A stretch of DNA of 64,000 bases from Eledone cirrhosa. Lineage: Eukaryota. The stretch is from NCBI GenBank assembly GCA_964016885.1, contig CAXHJY010001137.1, positions 1-64,000 on the forward strand, in the 5' to 3' direction. Under the pieces are notes generated by a model, which was given only the letters and a program-made list of their open reading frames with translations, was not told the origin of the DNA and made no database searches. Of this stretch, positions 37,561 to 50,208 are shown piece after piece; the first letter of the stretch is position 1; each line of letters begins with the position of its first letter. Made by a program: the position numbers and the translations under genes.

Positions 37561-38280
37561 CGATCTATCAACACATTTTCTTTTTTTTTCTATATCTTCC
37601 AATTTGTTTTCTTTACTTTATCCATTCTATGATTTCATTAATTTCATCCAACTGATATAATTCACACCTTTTTGCTTGGCCTTCTTTAAAAAGCAACAAC
37701 CTAAAACCCCAAAAAGTAAACAAACAAACGACATATCAAATATTTTTTCTGTTTCTTATCTTGTGTTAATGGCTGCTGGCTTTTACATCTTGTGTGCAAC
37801 GTAATTTATCAGTTGGGGGATTGTCAAATGTTTTTATATCACAATCATAAATATTTGAGAAGCACATAAACTATTTTCCAATCAAAAAACATATTTATAA
37901 TAATCTATTTTGTTTGTTAGCTAGATGAATGCTGCTAGGAACAAAGTCTATTTGGTGTATAATACCAATTGTAACTGAAGCATCAAGTGCTTATTGTCAG
38001 AAATCATTCAAAATTGATTCAGTTTAATATTTTTTTTTCTTTCCTAGTGTAATCAAGCGTAGGTGTTTTATTATTCATTGTAAACCTTTCAGTTTTCTTT
38101 GCATCATTGCCATTTGAGGAGATGTTTTTTCCCGTTTTATTGCATCATGGTGATCTTTCTGAAATGTAGTTTCCTGCTTTATATAGAGATTGTCATTGCA
38201 TTAGTCAATTTTATTACTCACAGCTTTGCAGGCTTACAATCTCTATCAAATACTAGTAAAAACACAGATTAGATGCTTAC

Positions 38281-38432
38281 CGCAACCTGTTGCTGATTGG
38301 TTAGATATTTTCACAAACTGTTATTTATCAAAATATCCGCATACACTGTCAATGTTTAACACTTCTACGACCATATTTCTAATTGTATTCAAATGGTCAG
38401 CCAATTCACATACTGTGTCAAGCTCAATCTTC
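38281..38432 (-). other. Candidate 152-nt exon (non-coding or pseudo-exon)
   Basis: ttttgctgtaatcctcag| ... GCG|gtaagc in non-repetitive sequence; best frame KIELDTVCELADHL...FDK*QFV has one stop. Confidence 0.35.
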
Positions 38433-38759
38433 CTGAGGATTACAGCAAAATTGGCTAAAAAAGTAATTGATCTGGATTTGTGGGCTCATCCAAGCTATAA
38501 TCATCATCATCATCATTTTATGTCCGCTTTTCCCTGCTTGCAAGGGTGGGACGGGAACTGATTCTGGCTTGATTTCTACAGCTGGATGCCCTATAAGCTA
38601 TATATAAAGTTAATCCTTTCGTGCCTGTATTTCTCTAATGAAATACTATTTCAATTGATTAATGAAGAATTTTGAGGGATTTACAAAAATTATTAATCAT
38701 TACATACTCAGATAGTAACTTAACATATGGTTCTCATATGAATTATATTTAGAAGATTT

Positions 38760-39430
38760 GTCAAGAAGACCAAGGGTGTCTTGGCATCACTCAACAAGAC
38801 CTTTGTCAGCCGCTCTCCAGCTATCTATTTAAAGCTGTATATTGCTATGGTGTGGCCACACTTACTTAGAATTTGCATCCCCAGACTGGAACCTCTATCT
38901 TGCTCATAATATTGGCCTCTTGGAAACTGTTCAGAGACGTGCAACCAAGCGAATACCCTCCATCAGGCATCTACCATACTCTGAACGCCTTGCTTCCCTG
39001 GGCATGGATACATTGAAGCTCCGACATCTGGCAACTGACTTGGTAAACACCCACAAAGTTATTAACCATCTTGCCAACAACAACCCTGAGCACCTTTTTG
39101 AACTCCATGTGTCTAATACACGTGGGTATGCCTACAAAGTCAGAAAACAGCACAGCTCCCATGACTTTCAGAAACATTTTTTCACGCTCAGAGTTGCGGA
39201 AGCATGGAACAAACTACCTGCATCAGTTGTTAGCTGCTGGGACACTGCATCCTTTAAAACCTCCATGTCCTGAAATTTGCCAACACTTCACCTGATATTC
39301 CCTCTCCATACACACGCACACATGTATATCATGACTCATACACTGTTCACTTTCCTGACATTTGTACATTATTCAATGTACTATACATGTAGCTTTGATG
39401 AGTTGTAGTGCACCTGAGCACAGTACAAAA
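38760..39430 (+). mobile_element. CR1-clade LINE 3' fragment
   Basis: LEFASPDWN...LETVQRRATKRIP...Y.ERL..LG...TRG...FF.LRV...WN.LP (CR1 C-terminal signature). Confidence 0.85.
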
Positions 39431-39496
39431 AAAAAAATTTTAAAAAGCAAAAAAAAAGCTGATTGTCAGATTAAGTCAAGGAAACTACCATATATA

Positions 39497-39855
39497 CCTT
39501 ATATACTCAAATATAAGTCAATCCAAATATAAGCCAACCCCTATTTTATATCTGAGAATTGGGCAAAAATCCAAATCCAGTTCATAAGCAAGTAATCAAC
39601 ACATTATGTTTAGATGATGTGGCTTTGAAATTCTCTTGAGTGGAGAATATATTTATGATGTTTTAATATTTTGATATTTAAAATGTATTAAGTGTCGTTT
39701 AGAGTATAGTTTTTGTTTCACAATTCCATTACGTAATGACTTTTTACCAATTTCTGAGTGTTTTGAAGGCCATATTCATTCAAAATGCATCAAAGATGAA
39801 TTTTACCATCAATTTTTTTTGTCACATATTTCTCAGCTTATATACGAGTATATAC
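39497..39855. mobile_element. Tc2/pogo-like MITE whose right TIR is interrupted by an RTE insertion
   Basis: ta|cc.tatatactc..atataag ... gcttatatacgagtatatac[RTE]agta. Confidence 0.6.
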
Positions 39856-40256
39856 AGAAGACCCGCCTTGCCTAAGTATAAAACGAAACCTTCAGTCAGT
39901 AGGCACCTCTTAACCAAAATACACCCCCGTCCCACTACCCCTACCCCCATCTACACCACCCCTTTCTATGTAAAGTTATGTTGGTACCACAACATCCAGT
40001 CCTAAATAAATGAGGTTGTGTAGGTGTCACAACAAAAAAAGACGCAGTCCACGCTGTAATGTGGGCGTGTAGGTAACACGGTAAAAATCTCCCAGTCCAC
40101 ACTGTAAATGTGGTTGGTGTTAGGAAGGGCATCCAGCCGTAGAAAACCCGCCAGACAGTCCTATACGAGCAAGACAACCAATCTTGCCTCAAGTGGGACA
40201 GTTCCCATCCAAACCCATGCTAGCGTGGAAGGTGGACGTTAAATGATGATGATGAT
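39856..40256 (+). mobile_element. RTE 3' fragment
   Basis: agaagacccgccttgcc...3'UTR...(GAT)n; atacag duplicated at both junctions. Confidence 0.85.
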
Positions 40257-40697
40257 ACAGTAAGTTTCATTGGTCTTACCATTGCTGATGATATCCTGGC
40301 AGATGCTAGCATGGAAGATAGACGTTAAACAATGATGATGATGATGAAATATCACAGCTTTTCCAGTAATATGGGACAGAACATACAGAGCTGGAACAGA
40401 TACCATAAACCATCTCATTCAACATTTTAACAGTTTTGCCAATCCAACACCACTGTACTTGACTGGTACTTTTTATTGACCTTGAAAGGACAAAAGGTAA
40501 AGTTATCCTTGATGGGATCTGAACACAGAGCACAGAGAGACAGAACAAGCACCAAAGCATTTAACACAATGTTTTAACTACTCTGCTTATTAGGAACTAT
40601 TAACTTGGATCTTTTACCAAGTAAATCTTTACATCAGTACCTGGGCCTACATATCATCAACAAAGAAATAATATTATTTACATCATTTACCTGGGTG

Positions 40698-41140
40698 AGG
40701 GAGGTGGATTGGCAGTATTGGTAGAGTGTCGGACACTCTGCTTCATGGCATAGAGTTACGGCCCTTTACAATCTGAGTTCAAATCCCGCCGAGGTTAGCT
40801 TTGCCTTTCATCCTTTTGGGGTCGATAAAATAAAGCACCAGTAATGCACTGGGGTTGATTTAATTGACTTGTCACCCCCCCCCCCCAAAAAAAAAATTGT
40901 GGCAAGTACCTAAATCAGAAGCCATTATTTACCTGGATATGGTGGAAGGGCGGTGGATTGGCAGTATCAGTAGAGAGTCGGACGCCATGCTTTCCAGCAT
41001 AGTTACGTCCCTCTACGATCTGAGTTCAAATCCCCCCGAGGTTGACTTTGCCTTTCATCCTTACGGGGTCGATAAAATAAAGTACCAGTAATGCACTGGG
41101 TAATTGCTGGCCTTGTGCCTAAAGTAGAGACAATTATTTA
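40698..41140 (+). mobile_element. Two head-to-tail Nin/Deu-domain SINEs
   Basis: Each has A/B boxes; atttacctgg(g/a)t repeated at 40685, 40927 and 41136. Confidence 0.85.
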
Positions 41141-41779
41141 CCTGGGTATGGCTAAGTATCTAAGAATACATTTTGAAAGGTATATTGCATAGATTTGTTG
41201 AGAACTAATCCAGGAACCAGACAATTAATAGATATTTGCAGCATGTCCCAATGTATTAATTACTTCTTTCTTTCTTCTTTCTTAACTTTCCAGTACTATA
41301 TTCCTAATAAAAGACACTATCTATGTAATTTAGATAGATTTAGTAAGAACAACACAACTAACTTTCTCATTATTAAATTGGTGTTTGGAATATAACTAAG
41401 GTTCTTACATAAAATTATAACAAACATTTTTTTGATAAACTGCACCCAGTACACTCTGTAAAGTGTAGGAATGTATGTGAGATGTGACTCTTGGCCAATC
41501 TATGAGGACAGTGGCTCTGATGAAGTACTGACTTAGACTGTGAGCAACTGTTCAACATATGCTGGCATGGAAAAAAAAATAGATGTTATATGATAATGAG
41601 GAGGATGCTGATGATGATTGTTTCTACATTTGGCACAAGGCCAGCAATTTTAAGGATGAAAGGCAAAGTTAACCTCAGTGGAATTTGAACTCAGACTGCA
41701 AAGGGCCGTAACTCTGTGTCGTGAAGCATTGGGTCCGATGATCTAACAATTCTGCCAATCCAGATACTGATGATGATGA

Positions 41780-42347
41780 TGATCATCATCATCATCGTTT
41801 AACGTCCATCTTCCACGCTTGCATGGGTTTGGGCGGGAATTGTCCCACTTGAGGGAAGATTGGTTGTCTTGCACGTATAGGACTACCTGGCAGGTTTTCT
41901 ACGGCTGGATGCCCTTCCTAACATCAACCACGTTTACAGTGTGGGGCTGGGAGGTTTTTACCGTGTTACCTACACGGCCACATTACAGCGTGGACTGTGT
42001 GTTTTTTTGTGTCGTGACACCTACACGACCTCATTTGTTTCGGGCTGGATGTTGTGGTACCAACATAACTTTACATTGAAAAGGGTGGTGTGGATGGGGT
42101 GGGGGTAGTGGGACGGGGTGGTGGGGTGGTGGTGGTGTATTTTGGTTAAGAGGTGCCTACTGACTGTAGGTTTCGCTTTGTACTTAGGCAAGGCGGGTCT
42201 TCTGTATTACTGAGTACCGCCAAAGATCTCAGTCCAGTGACATTGTCTTGGAGAGGTATAAGTGTGTGAGGTCGGAATTTATCAAGTCGTCCCAGGTTTT
42301 TCTGGGTCTTCCTACTCCGTGGCTACCGTCTATTTTTATCGCCCTGC
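41780..42347 (-). mobile_element. RTE 3' fragment
   Basis: Reverse complement of the same C-terminus and 3'UTR; (ATC)n tail on the plus strand. Confidence 0.9.
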
Positions 42348-42365
42348 AATATTTTTGATGATAAT

Positions 42366-42637
42366 AATAATTGTTTCTACTTTTGCCACAAGGCCAGGTA
42401 CTGGTACATTATTTTATCGACCCCGTAAGGATGAAAGGCAAAGTTAACCTCGATGGGATTTGAACTCAGAATGGCAAGGGCCGTAACTATGCGTCAAAGC
42501 ATGGCGTCCGACCCTCTACCGATACTGCCAATCCACTAATAATAATTGTTTCTACTTTAGGCACAAGGCCAGCAATTACCCAGTGCATTACTGGTACTTT
42601 ATTTTATCGACCCCGTAAGGATGAAAGGCAAAGTCAA
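42366..42637 (-). mobile_element. Nin/Deu-domain SINE pair (one truncated)
   Basis: Same consensus as 9078-9255. Confidence 0.82.
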
Positions 42638-43178
42638 ATAATAATGATGATTATTTAGCAGATTCTAAATAAATGATTATAATATTTGATATATATATTT
42701 TATATTTGTATCAACAGCGGTCACCAATATAGCAGACATTAATAGTCACAGGTTTAGCTGTTAAATAATATTATGCCATGTAATAATAATATCAACGACA
42801 ATAATAACAATAATGATGTATTTTGTTGTAACAGGAAAGGTATGGTTTGTTATATCAATAAATGTAAGTTGAATTGAGATTCGGCTGTAAGTCTCAGGTT
42901 CTGTTGCTGCTGTGATAATAACTCTGGAAAGGATCTTTCCATATCACATTTAAAGGTTATGGCTGTGGTAATAGCATCACAAGACTTTACAATGTTTTTA
43001 CATAATTTATTTACAAACCGATTACATAGGTTGAGCTGGCATGCCAAACAAATGAATAAACAAATTAAGAGTTTAGAAGGTATGGTCAACTGGCTGAAGT
43101 GCTGGGCAGGCCGTAGTTATATTGTTGTCGTTACATGTTGGCTAGTGGTTTCACATCAAAAGAAAAATAGATGTTTAC

Positions 43179-43330
43179 CTTTCCACAGTTGAAGCAACAA
43201 GAGATAGAATTTATTGAAAGTAGCGGGAAAAGCTCAGTTTAGGCGGAAGTTGAAAATACATATCCGTGCGCGGCTCACGATTGGCCTGACTTAGCCAAAT
43301 CACGCACGAATAGCCTATCAATGCGCCAAA
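43179..43330 (-). promoter_or_regulatory. Candidate Pol II promoter and first non-coding exon
   Basis: CpG-enriched unique patch; minus strand has ggCCAATc plus CCAAT-like boxes, an ETS site ACTTCCG, then donor AAAG|GTAAAC at 43179/43178. Confidence 0.45.
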
Positions 43331-43538
43331 GGAAAGTAGCTTGCTACAATTATGATGATGATGATGATAATATTGATGATGCTGCTGATGATGGTATGGT
43401 TGTGCTGATGGTAATGGTGATGGTGGTGGTAGTGACGATGATGATGGTGATAATGATAGACACTTTAAAACAAACAGTTTTATATTGTAGAAGCAGGAGT
43501 GGTTTGGGGTCAGTTTAGTATCAGAAGGGTTAAATAAC

Positions 43539-43722
43539 TATTTCTACTTTAGGCACAAGGCCAGAAATTACCCAGTACATTACTGGTACTTTATTTTATC
43601 GACCCCGTAAGGATGAAAGGCAAAGTTAACCTCGGCGGGATTTGAACTCAGACTGTAAAGGGACGTAACTATGTTAAAAAACATGGCGTCCGACCCTCTA
43701 CCGATACTGCCAATCCACCGCC
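43539..43722 (-). mobile_element. Full-length Nin/Deu-domain SINE with 17-bp TSD
   Basis: TSD cagaagggttaaataac at 43522-43538 and 43723-43739; further copies at ~41617-41760, ~44140-44362, ~45066-45212 and ~51468-51686. Confidence 0.9.
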
Positions 43723-45829
43723 CAGAAGGGTTAAATAACACTATAGTTTACAGACTGGACTTACCAAGCTTAAAATAACAGTTTCCATTTATGTTTATTT
43801 AGTATGTATTAATTTAATCTGAAGCCGGCATAACTAATAACTATAATGGGAGTGGTTGTTTCAATGTTTCCATTAAAACAAAATAAATTCCACAATAACC
43901 TTAGCATTAAACTTAGTAGAAGCTATCACCATCCACCCATATTACTAGATACATTAAATTCATTACACTTGACCTAACCATAGATATCTAATTCTTCTTT
44001 CTTTAGAAAACAAACAGAGATACACTATGAAATGATAAGCCTACAGCCATATTTCTTTCTAGATATAAATAAACTCAGTGGCCATCCTATAAACTGTGGT
44101 TAGAGTATCAGATAGAATATCTTGTATTATTTCTTACAAATGGGCGGTGGATTGGTAGTATTGGTAGAGCTTCGGAACTATGTTTTGCGGAAAAGAGTTA
44201 TGGCCCTTTATATTCTGAGTTCAAATCCCGCCAAGGTTAGCTTTGCTTTTCATCTTTATGGGGTTGATAAAATAAAGTACCAGTCACGCACTGGAGTCGA
44301 TTTAATCGATTTTCCCCTCCCCCAAAATTGCTGGCCTTGTGCTTAAATCTGAAACCATTATTTCTTACAACTCTCTGAACTCTGTGTTCAAATCCCTCAG
44401 AGGACAACATCACTTTTCTTCCTTTCAGGGTCAATAAGATACAGTAATTAGCCCTTTGGTGTAGTTAGCCCTTCAGCAGAGTACACCCTGCTACAAGTGT
44501 TCAGGCAAGGAATATGAACGGAGGGTAACTTCCACATACATACACAGTGATGCATACACAGACATACATATATACATACTTACACATAGAACTACACAAA
44601 CACATATACATGCAGCAACACATACAATGGCACACACGTTTGCCATTGCCTACAACCCTCTCCCCACCACCCTGCTCTACCCACAACTCCCTCTCCCTAC
44701 AATGCCCACAACACCCCCTACTTACCACCCTGCTATGCTCACAATTCCTCTGCCTACTACCCTTTATATCCATAACTCCCCCACTCTACCCTCTGCTATA
44801 CCCACAACTATCCTCTCCCTACCACCGTACTATACCCACATCTCTCCCTCTCTCCATTACCACCCTACTATGCTCCTACCTACATCGCTACTATTCCCAC
44901 AACTCCCCACCCTACCCCCTGATATGCCCACTACTACCCCCACATTACCACCCTACTATACCCACAACTCCCTCCTCTCTACCACCCCTTTACCATAATG
45001 ACATACACTGCCTATGGTTTTCAAATAAATTAGAAAATAATCAAGAATTTGTGGGGATTTAGAAATAATTGTTTCTACTTTTGGCACAAGGCCAGCAAAT
45101 ACCCAGTGCATTACTGGTACTTTATTTTATCAACCCCGTAAGGATGAAAGGCAAAGTTAACCTCGGCGGGATTTAAACTCAGAATGGCAAGGGCCGTAAC
45201 TCTATGCGTCAAAGGGGATTTAGGAATAATAAAATCAAATTTATCATTAATACTTTAAAACAAACAGTTTTTATCATAGAATTAGAAGCAGTTTTAAGTA
45301 GTTCGAAGAAGCCCCTCTCAGTGAAACTTATAACTCACTGTAAATTGTTTGTGTTTTTTATAATACATAAACAATTCAAGTAGTCTAGTTAATATGTAGC
45401 ATTGTGAGATATGTAATAAATGACTAAGTATTTCTGAAAGCCAGTATTATGCGGTAGAAATATACAAAGGGCAAAGGATGGTAAATAAAACAATACAAAG
45501 TAGTGTTTTTCTTACTCAGTATATTTCAATGTAATATTTCAGGGTTATAACCCTCTTTTCAAATGCATACACAAAAAAACAAAAAACAAAACAACAACAA
45601 CAACAACAACAGAACCATGTGTTCTTCCCTAACTGGTTTAAGTGTCTGGATTGCAATTATTTAACCCTGTAATGTATAAAGAGTTCACTATTAAACCGGT
45701 ATTAACATATTTCTAGCCATGTTAACCAATTATAGATTACATTAAATTATATATATATATAAATATATGTATATATTAAATCATCATCATGATGATTTAA
45801 TGTCTGTTTTCCCTGTTACACAGGCACAC

Positions 45830-45887
<58 letters not shown>

Positions 45888-46029
45888 ATTTGCATGTGTA
45901 TGTTTGTGTAACAAGAAAAAAAAGACATTAAAATAGAGCCGTTTATATATAAAATAACAATGCCTACACACTACTAACATGTTGAGTACCTTTATAACTC
46001 CATCAGGAATTCACCTTTATATATATATA

Positions 46030-47170
46030 TCATCATCATCATCGTTTAACATCTATTTTCCAGGCTAGCATGGGTTAGACGGGTTTATCCCATTAGAGGC
46101 AAGTTGGGTTGGGTGGCCATGTCTCGCTCATATAGCATTTTTTCTGGCTGGTTTTCTACGGCTGGATGCTCTTCCTAATGCCAACCACATTTACAGTGTG
46201 TGCTGGGTGCTTTTTGCCAAGTCTCCTACACAACCACTTTACAGTGTGGGCTGGATATTTTGTGATACCTACATAACATTACAGAGAAAGGGTTGTGTGG
46301 GCGGAAGTGGGAGGGTGGTGTAGGAGGTGTTGGGGAGTATATTGGATTAAGAGGTGCCGACTGAGAGTATGTTTAAGTCTGTGTGCAAGGGAGGCGCGTC
46401 TTCTGTATTACTGCATAGCGTCAAAGATTTTGATCCTGTGTCATTGTCTTTGAGAGGTGCAAGTGTGCAAGGTCAGCTTTTATCACCTTGTCACATACGT
46501 TTTTCCATGCTTGCATGGGTTGGACAGGTCCTTTTCAGCACGGCATCTCTTTACTCTTCGCATTCCTGAGTCAACTCCTCTGTGAGCTTCAGCAATTTGG
46601 TATCAGCTCTCATCACTTCTGCCTATGTCTTCTTTGGTGTACCTCTACTGACGCTTCCTTCCACTGAGATTTCTGACACTTCTTCACCCAGCATTTCACA
46701 TGCCCGTACCAATGCAGTGTTCTCTCTTGCACACTAAATCTGATTCCTCTTATACCCAGTTTCTCGCTCAGTTTATCCAAGCTCTGCATTTCTCTCACAT
46801 TCACAAACACACATACCTATGTATAAATTGAACTTCCATTAAAATATGAAGAAATAAAGCCAGCATGTGACTTATCTATTGAACCTAAAAAACCTTAATT
46901 GGAAATGTATTGTATATTAGAAGACTGTACTGGTATAAACATGTGATGTGTATGTATGATGGACCACCAAGTGAATAAGTGCCAATAGATGCCAGTGGAA
47001 GGAAGACCAAAGAAGACATGAGCAGAGGTGGTGAGAGCTGATCTGGAATTGCTGAAGTTAATAGAGGAGATAACGAAAGACTATGATGAGTGGAGAGGGA
47101 TGCTGTGCTGGAAAAGACCTGTCCAACCTATGCAAGCATGGAAAATGGACATAAAATGGTGTTTATGATG
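46030..47170. mobile_element. Cluster of decayed RTE 3' fragments (both strands)
   Basis: LHWYGHV and GRPKKT motifs; catgc..gcatggaaaa..gac..taaa..(gat)n ends. Confidence 0.7.
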
Positions 47171-47400
47171 ATAGTGATGATTATTGTAAGTGTTGTATGT
47201 AGAATGGAAGCATGATGTTAAATGATTATATATATATATCATCATCATTTTACGCCCTTCTTCCTTGCTAGTAAGAGCTGGACAGGTCTTCATAGATCAA
47301 GCAGAGCTACTGACCGATATAGTGATACGGTATCACGTATACATCTTCAGTTTATTACATCATCCTGTTATGTACATTTCAAAGACATCAATGTCGTTGT

Positions 47401-49560
47401 GTAAAAATTATTGGAACGGCAACAAAACAGAGAGGCAGTACGAACAAAGGTTTATTAGTTTCACGCTCATGAGAGTGTGGGGGGGGGGACGTTTCGGGCA
47501 TAAGCCCTTCTTCAGGCAGGTGGTGTGTGGGAAGAGAGTTCCAAGGGTGTGTAGGGGAGTGGGGGAGAGACATTTAGAAAAAAGGGAGGGAGAGGAAACG
47601 GTGGAAGGGGTACAAATGAAAATAAATATTAAAAATTAATAAAGATAAACAAGTGGTGGAAGGGTGTGGGGTGTGTAGGAGTGGCGGCGGGTGGAGTGGG
47701 GAGAGGGAGGCGGGGTGTCCGAGTGGTGTGTGTGTGTAGGTGTACGTGTGTGTGTGTGTATGTGAATGTGAGAGTTGGGGGAAAAACGAGATTCCATGTT
47801 CAGGAAAGGGTGTGTGTGGGTGGGGGGGTAGGTCGGTGTGTGTGTGTGTGAGTGTGGAGGGGTGTGGGGGGGGAGAAAGGTGTGGGGGAAGATGGAGGGA
47901 GTGTAGTGTACTGGTGTGTGTGTGCGTGTTTGGATGAGTGTGTGTGGTGAAGGGGGTGTTAGTGGGTGTTAGTATACTGGTGGTGGGGAAAGGGTTGAAT
48001 GCGGGTGTGTTAGTGGGGGTCAGTGGTGGTAGGGTGTGTAAAGTGGGTGGTGTAAGTAAGTAAGTGTGTTCGTGTGCGTGGGGTTGGGGGGATGTTAGTG
48101 GTATTAGTTGTGGGGTGGTGGGAGTGGATGTGTGGGTGAGGGTTAGTGGTGGTAGTAGGGTGTGTGGTTAGTGTGAGTGCGTGTATATATGTACCGGTGG
48201 GTGTGTGCGTGATAGGGGGAAGGGGGAAGGATGTTAGTATTGTTAGTTGGGGGAGGGTGGTCGGGAGTGGGGTGGGGGTGTTAGTATTGTTAGTTGTGGG
48301 GTGGGCGGTGAAAAGGAGGAGTGTGTTAGTGGTGTTAGTGGGGAGTTCAGGTCGGGGGAGGGGGGGTCGAAGGCTAAAGGAATAGGGGTGGGGTGTTCAG
48401 GCCGGGGGGAGTGTGGGTCTGTAGGGTGAAGATGGGTGCGTTGTTCGACCCTGAGGAGGGTGGCGGGTGTTCCGTGGCATTGGAGTAGGCCACAGACTGT
48501 GAGGTGGTGCGTGGAATGCCCAGGGGAGCCAAAGTGGCGGGCGATGGGGGAACTACCGTCGAGACGAATATCCCGGAGGTGTTCGGTAAAACGGTCCGCC
48601 AGGTGACGTCCAGTCTGTCCGACGTAGGTTGCGCTGCACTCCGTGCAGCGAAGTCCATAGACTAGGTTGGAGGGGGTACAGCGGAAGGCGTGCCGGACAG
48701 AGAGAGAGTGTGGCCGTTGGGACCCTGGAAGGTGGTGGTGTTGGTGATGTGGGGACAGGTATTGCAATGTGGCCTGGAACAGGGAAGGGAACGGGGGGGG
48801 GGGGGGGGGCTGCGGACGAGGAGGGTGCGGAGATTGCGTGCGCGTTTGAAGGAGGGGAGTGGTGAGGATGGGAAGATGTGGGAGGTGGAGGGGTCGGACT
48901 GGAGGCGTCGGAAGAGGCGTCGGATGGTGCGGTGGAGGGGTGGTAGGTGATAGGGAAGGGGAGACGGTGGGTGGGTGTGCGGTGGTGTGGGGTGAGGGTG
49001 GTGGAGCGGTGGACAGCACGGGCGCGAGTGAGGGCGGTGTGGACGAGAGGGGGGGGGGGTAACCTCTGCGGATGAAATGTGACTAGGGAAAGGGCCTGGG
49101 ACTCAAAGTCAGCATCTCGGCTACAGAGGCGGCGGATCCTGAGGAGTTGGGAGTAGGGAATAGAGTGTTTAGTGTGTTTTGGGTGGGAGGAGGTGAAGTC
49201 GAGGTAGGAGTGGGAATCGGTGGGTTTGAAGGCGGAGGTGACGAGGTAGTGGTGGGAGGGGTCGAAGGCGACAGAGATGTCTAAGAAGTGGACGTGGGTG
49301 GTGGAGATAGAGGTGGTGAAGTGGAGGGAGGGGTGTAAGGAGTAGGAGAAGGAGAGAAAGGAGTCGAGCTGGTCTCGGGTGAGGGTCGTAGCTCCGATAC
49401 AGTCGTCGATGTAACGACCGTACAGTGCGGGCGTGGGACCGGTGTACTGAGCAAAGATTTGGGCCTCAACATGGCCAATGAAAAGGTTGGCATAGTTTGG
49501 GCCCATTCTTGTGCCCATGGCTACGCCCGTGACCTGTTGGTAAAACTTACCCGAGAAGGA
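47401..49560 (-). mobile_element. 5'-truncated, frameshifted Penelope-like element (RT plus GIY-YIG)
   Basis: QVTGVAMGTRMGPNYANLF, RYIDD, FLDI, KPTD..YL...SSHP..K.SIPYSQ.LR; VYGLRC..C.ATYVGQTGR.L..RF.EH; 3' hammerhead core and AATAAA. Confidence 0.93.
47488..47515 (-). ncRNA. Minimal hammerhead core (no local stem I)
   Basis: CTGAAGA-agggcttatgccc-GAAA-CG-TC; the flanks cctgc and cccccc do not pair. Confidence 0.55.
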
Positions 49561-49579
49561 TATCGATATTTGTCGGGCA

Positions 49580-49701
49580 TCCACTGATGATTTATAAGTA
49601 CCCACCTACATATATTCCTACGGACTATGTGTAGGCTTCTACATAACCTGGACATTATTTTCCCAATTTGTAGAAAACTTATAATGAAACGATCGTTTGG
49701 A
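49580..49701 (+). ncRNA. Type I hammerhead ribozyme with branched, extended stem II
   Basis: tcca-CTGATGA-t ttataagt [two internal hairpins] acttataa t-GAAA-CGATCG-TT-tgga. Confidence 0.78.
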
Positions 49702-49859
49702 AAGAGAGATGTATTTTAATTATGTCTCATATAAAATAATACAACTGGCTATCCGCAAAATACGTATAGTTAGCACCCCAAACGTATAATTGGGATTATA
49801 CTAAGGTATATTCTAATGCTTGTTGAGTGAGGCGGAAAAAGCTTTCTCTGTTAATGTAT

Positions 49860-49972
<113 letters not shown>

Positions 49973-49984
49973 CTGTGCGTGAAA

Positions 49985-50167
49985 GAAAGACAGCTAGATA
50001 TCACCATAGTAACTAATGACACAGCAAGTGACGCTTTCCCACCGATATTCCGATATTCCAAGCTTGTTGCCATTCGTTGTTGCTGACTAGCATGTTCGTT
50101 ACTCGGGACACCATTCGCGAACCAAGACGTTCTTGTCGAAAATATTGTTCGTGAATTGAAGTTCAAC

Positions 50168-50169
<2 letters not shown>
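49985..50169 (-). mobile_element. Pogo/Tigger-like terminal fragment
   Basis: Minus strand begins cagttgaacttcaattcacgaac (CAGTNGAACCTC-type TIR). Confidence 0.4.

Positions 50170-50204
<35 letters not shown>

Positions 50205-50208
<4 letters not shown>

Noticed and set aside
42850-43192. Short ORFs near the candidate promoter
   Set aside because: Under 80 aa with no recognisable motif; coding status cannot be supported.
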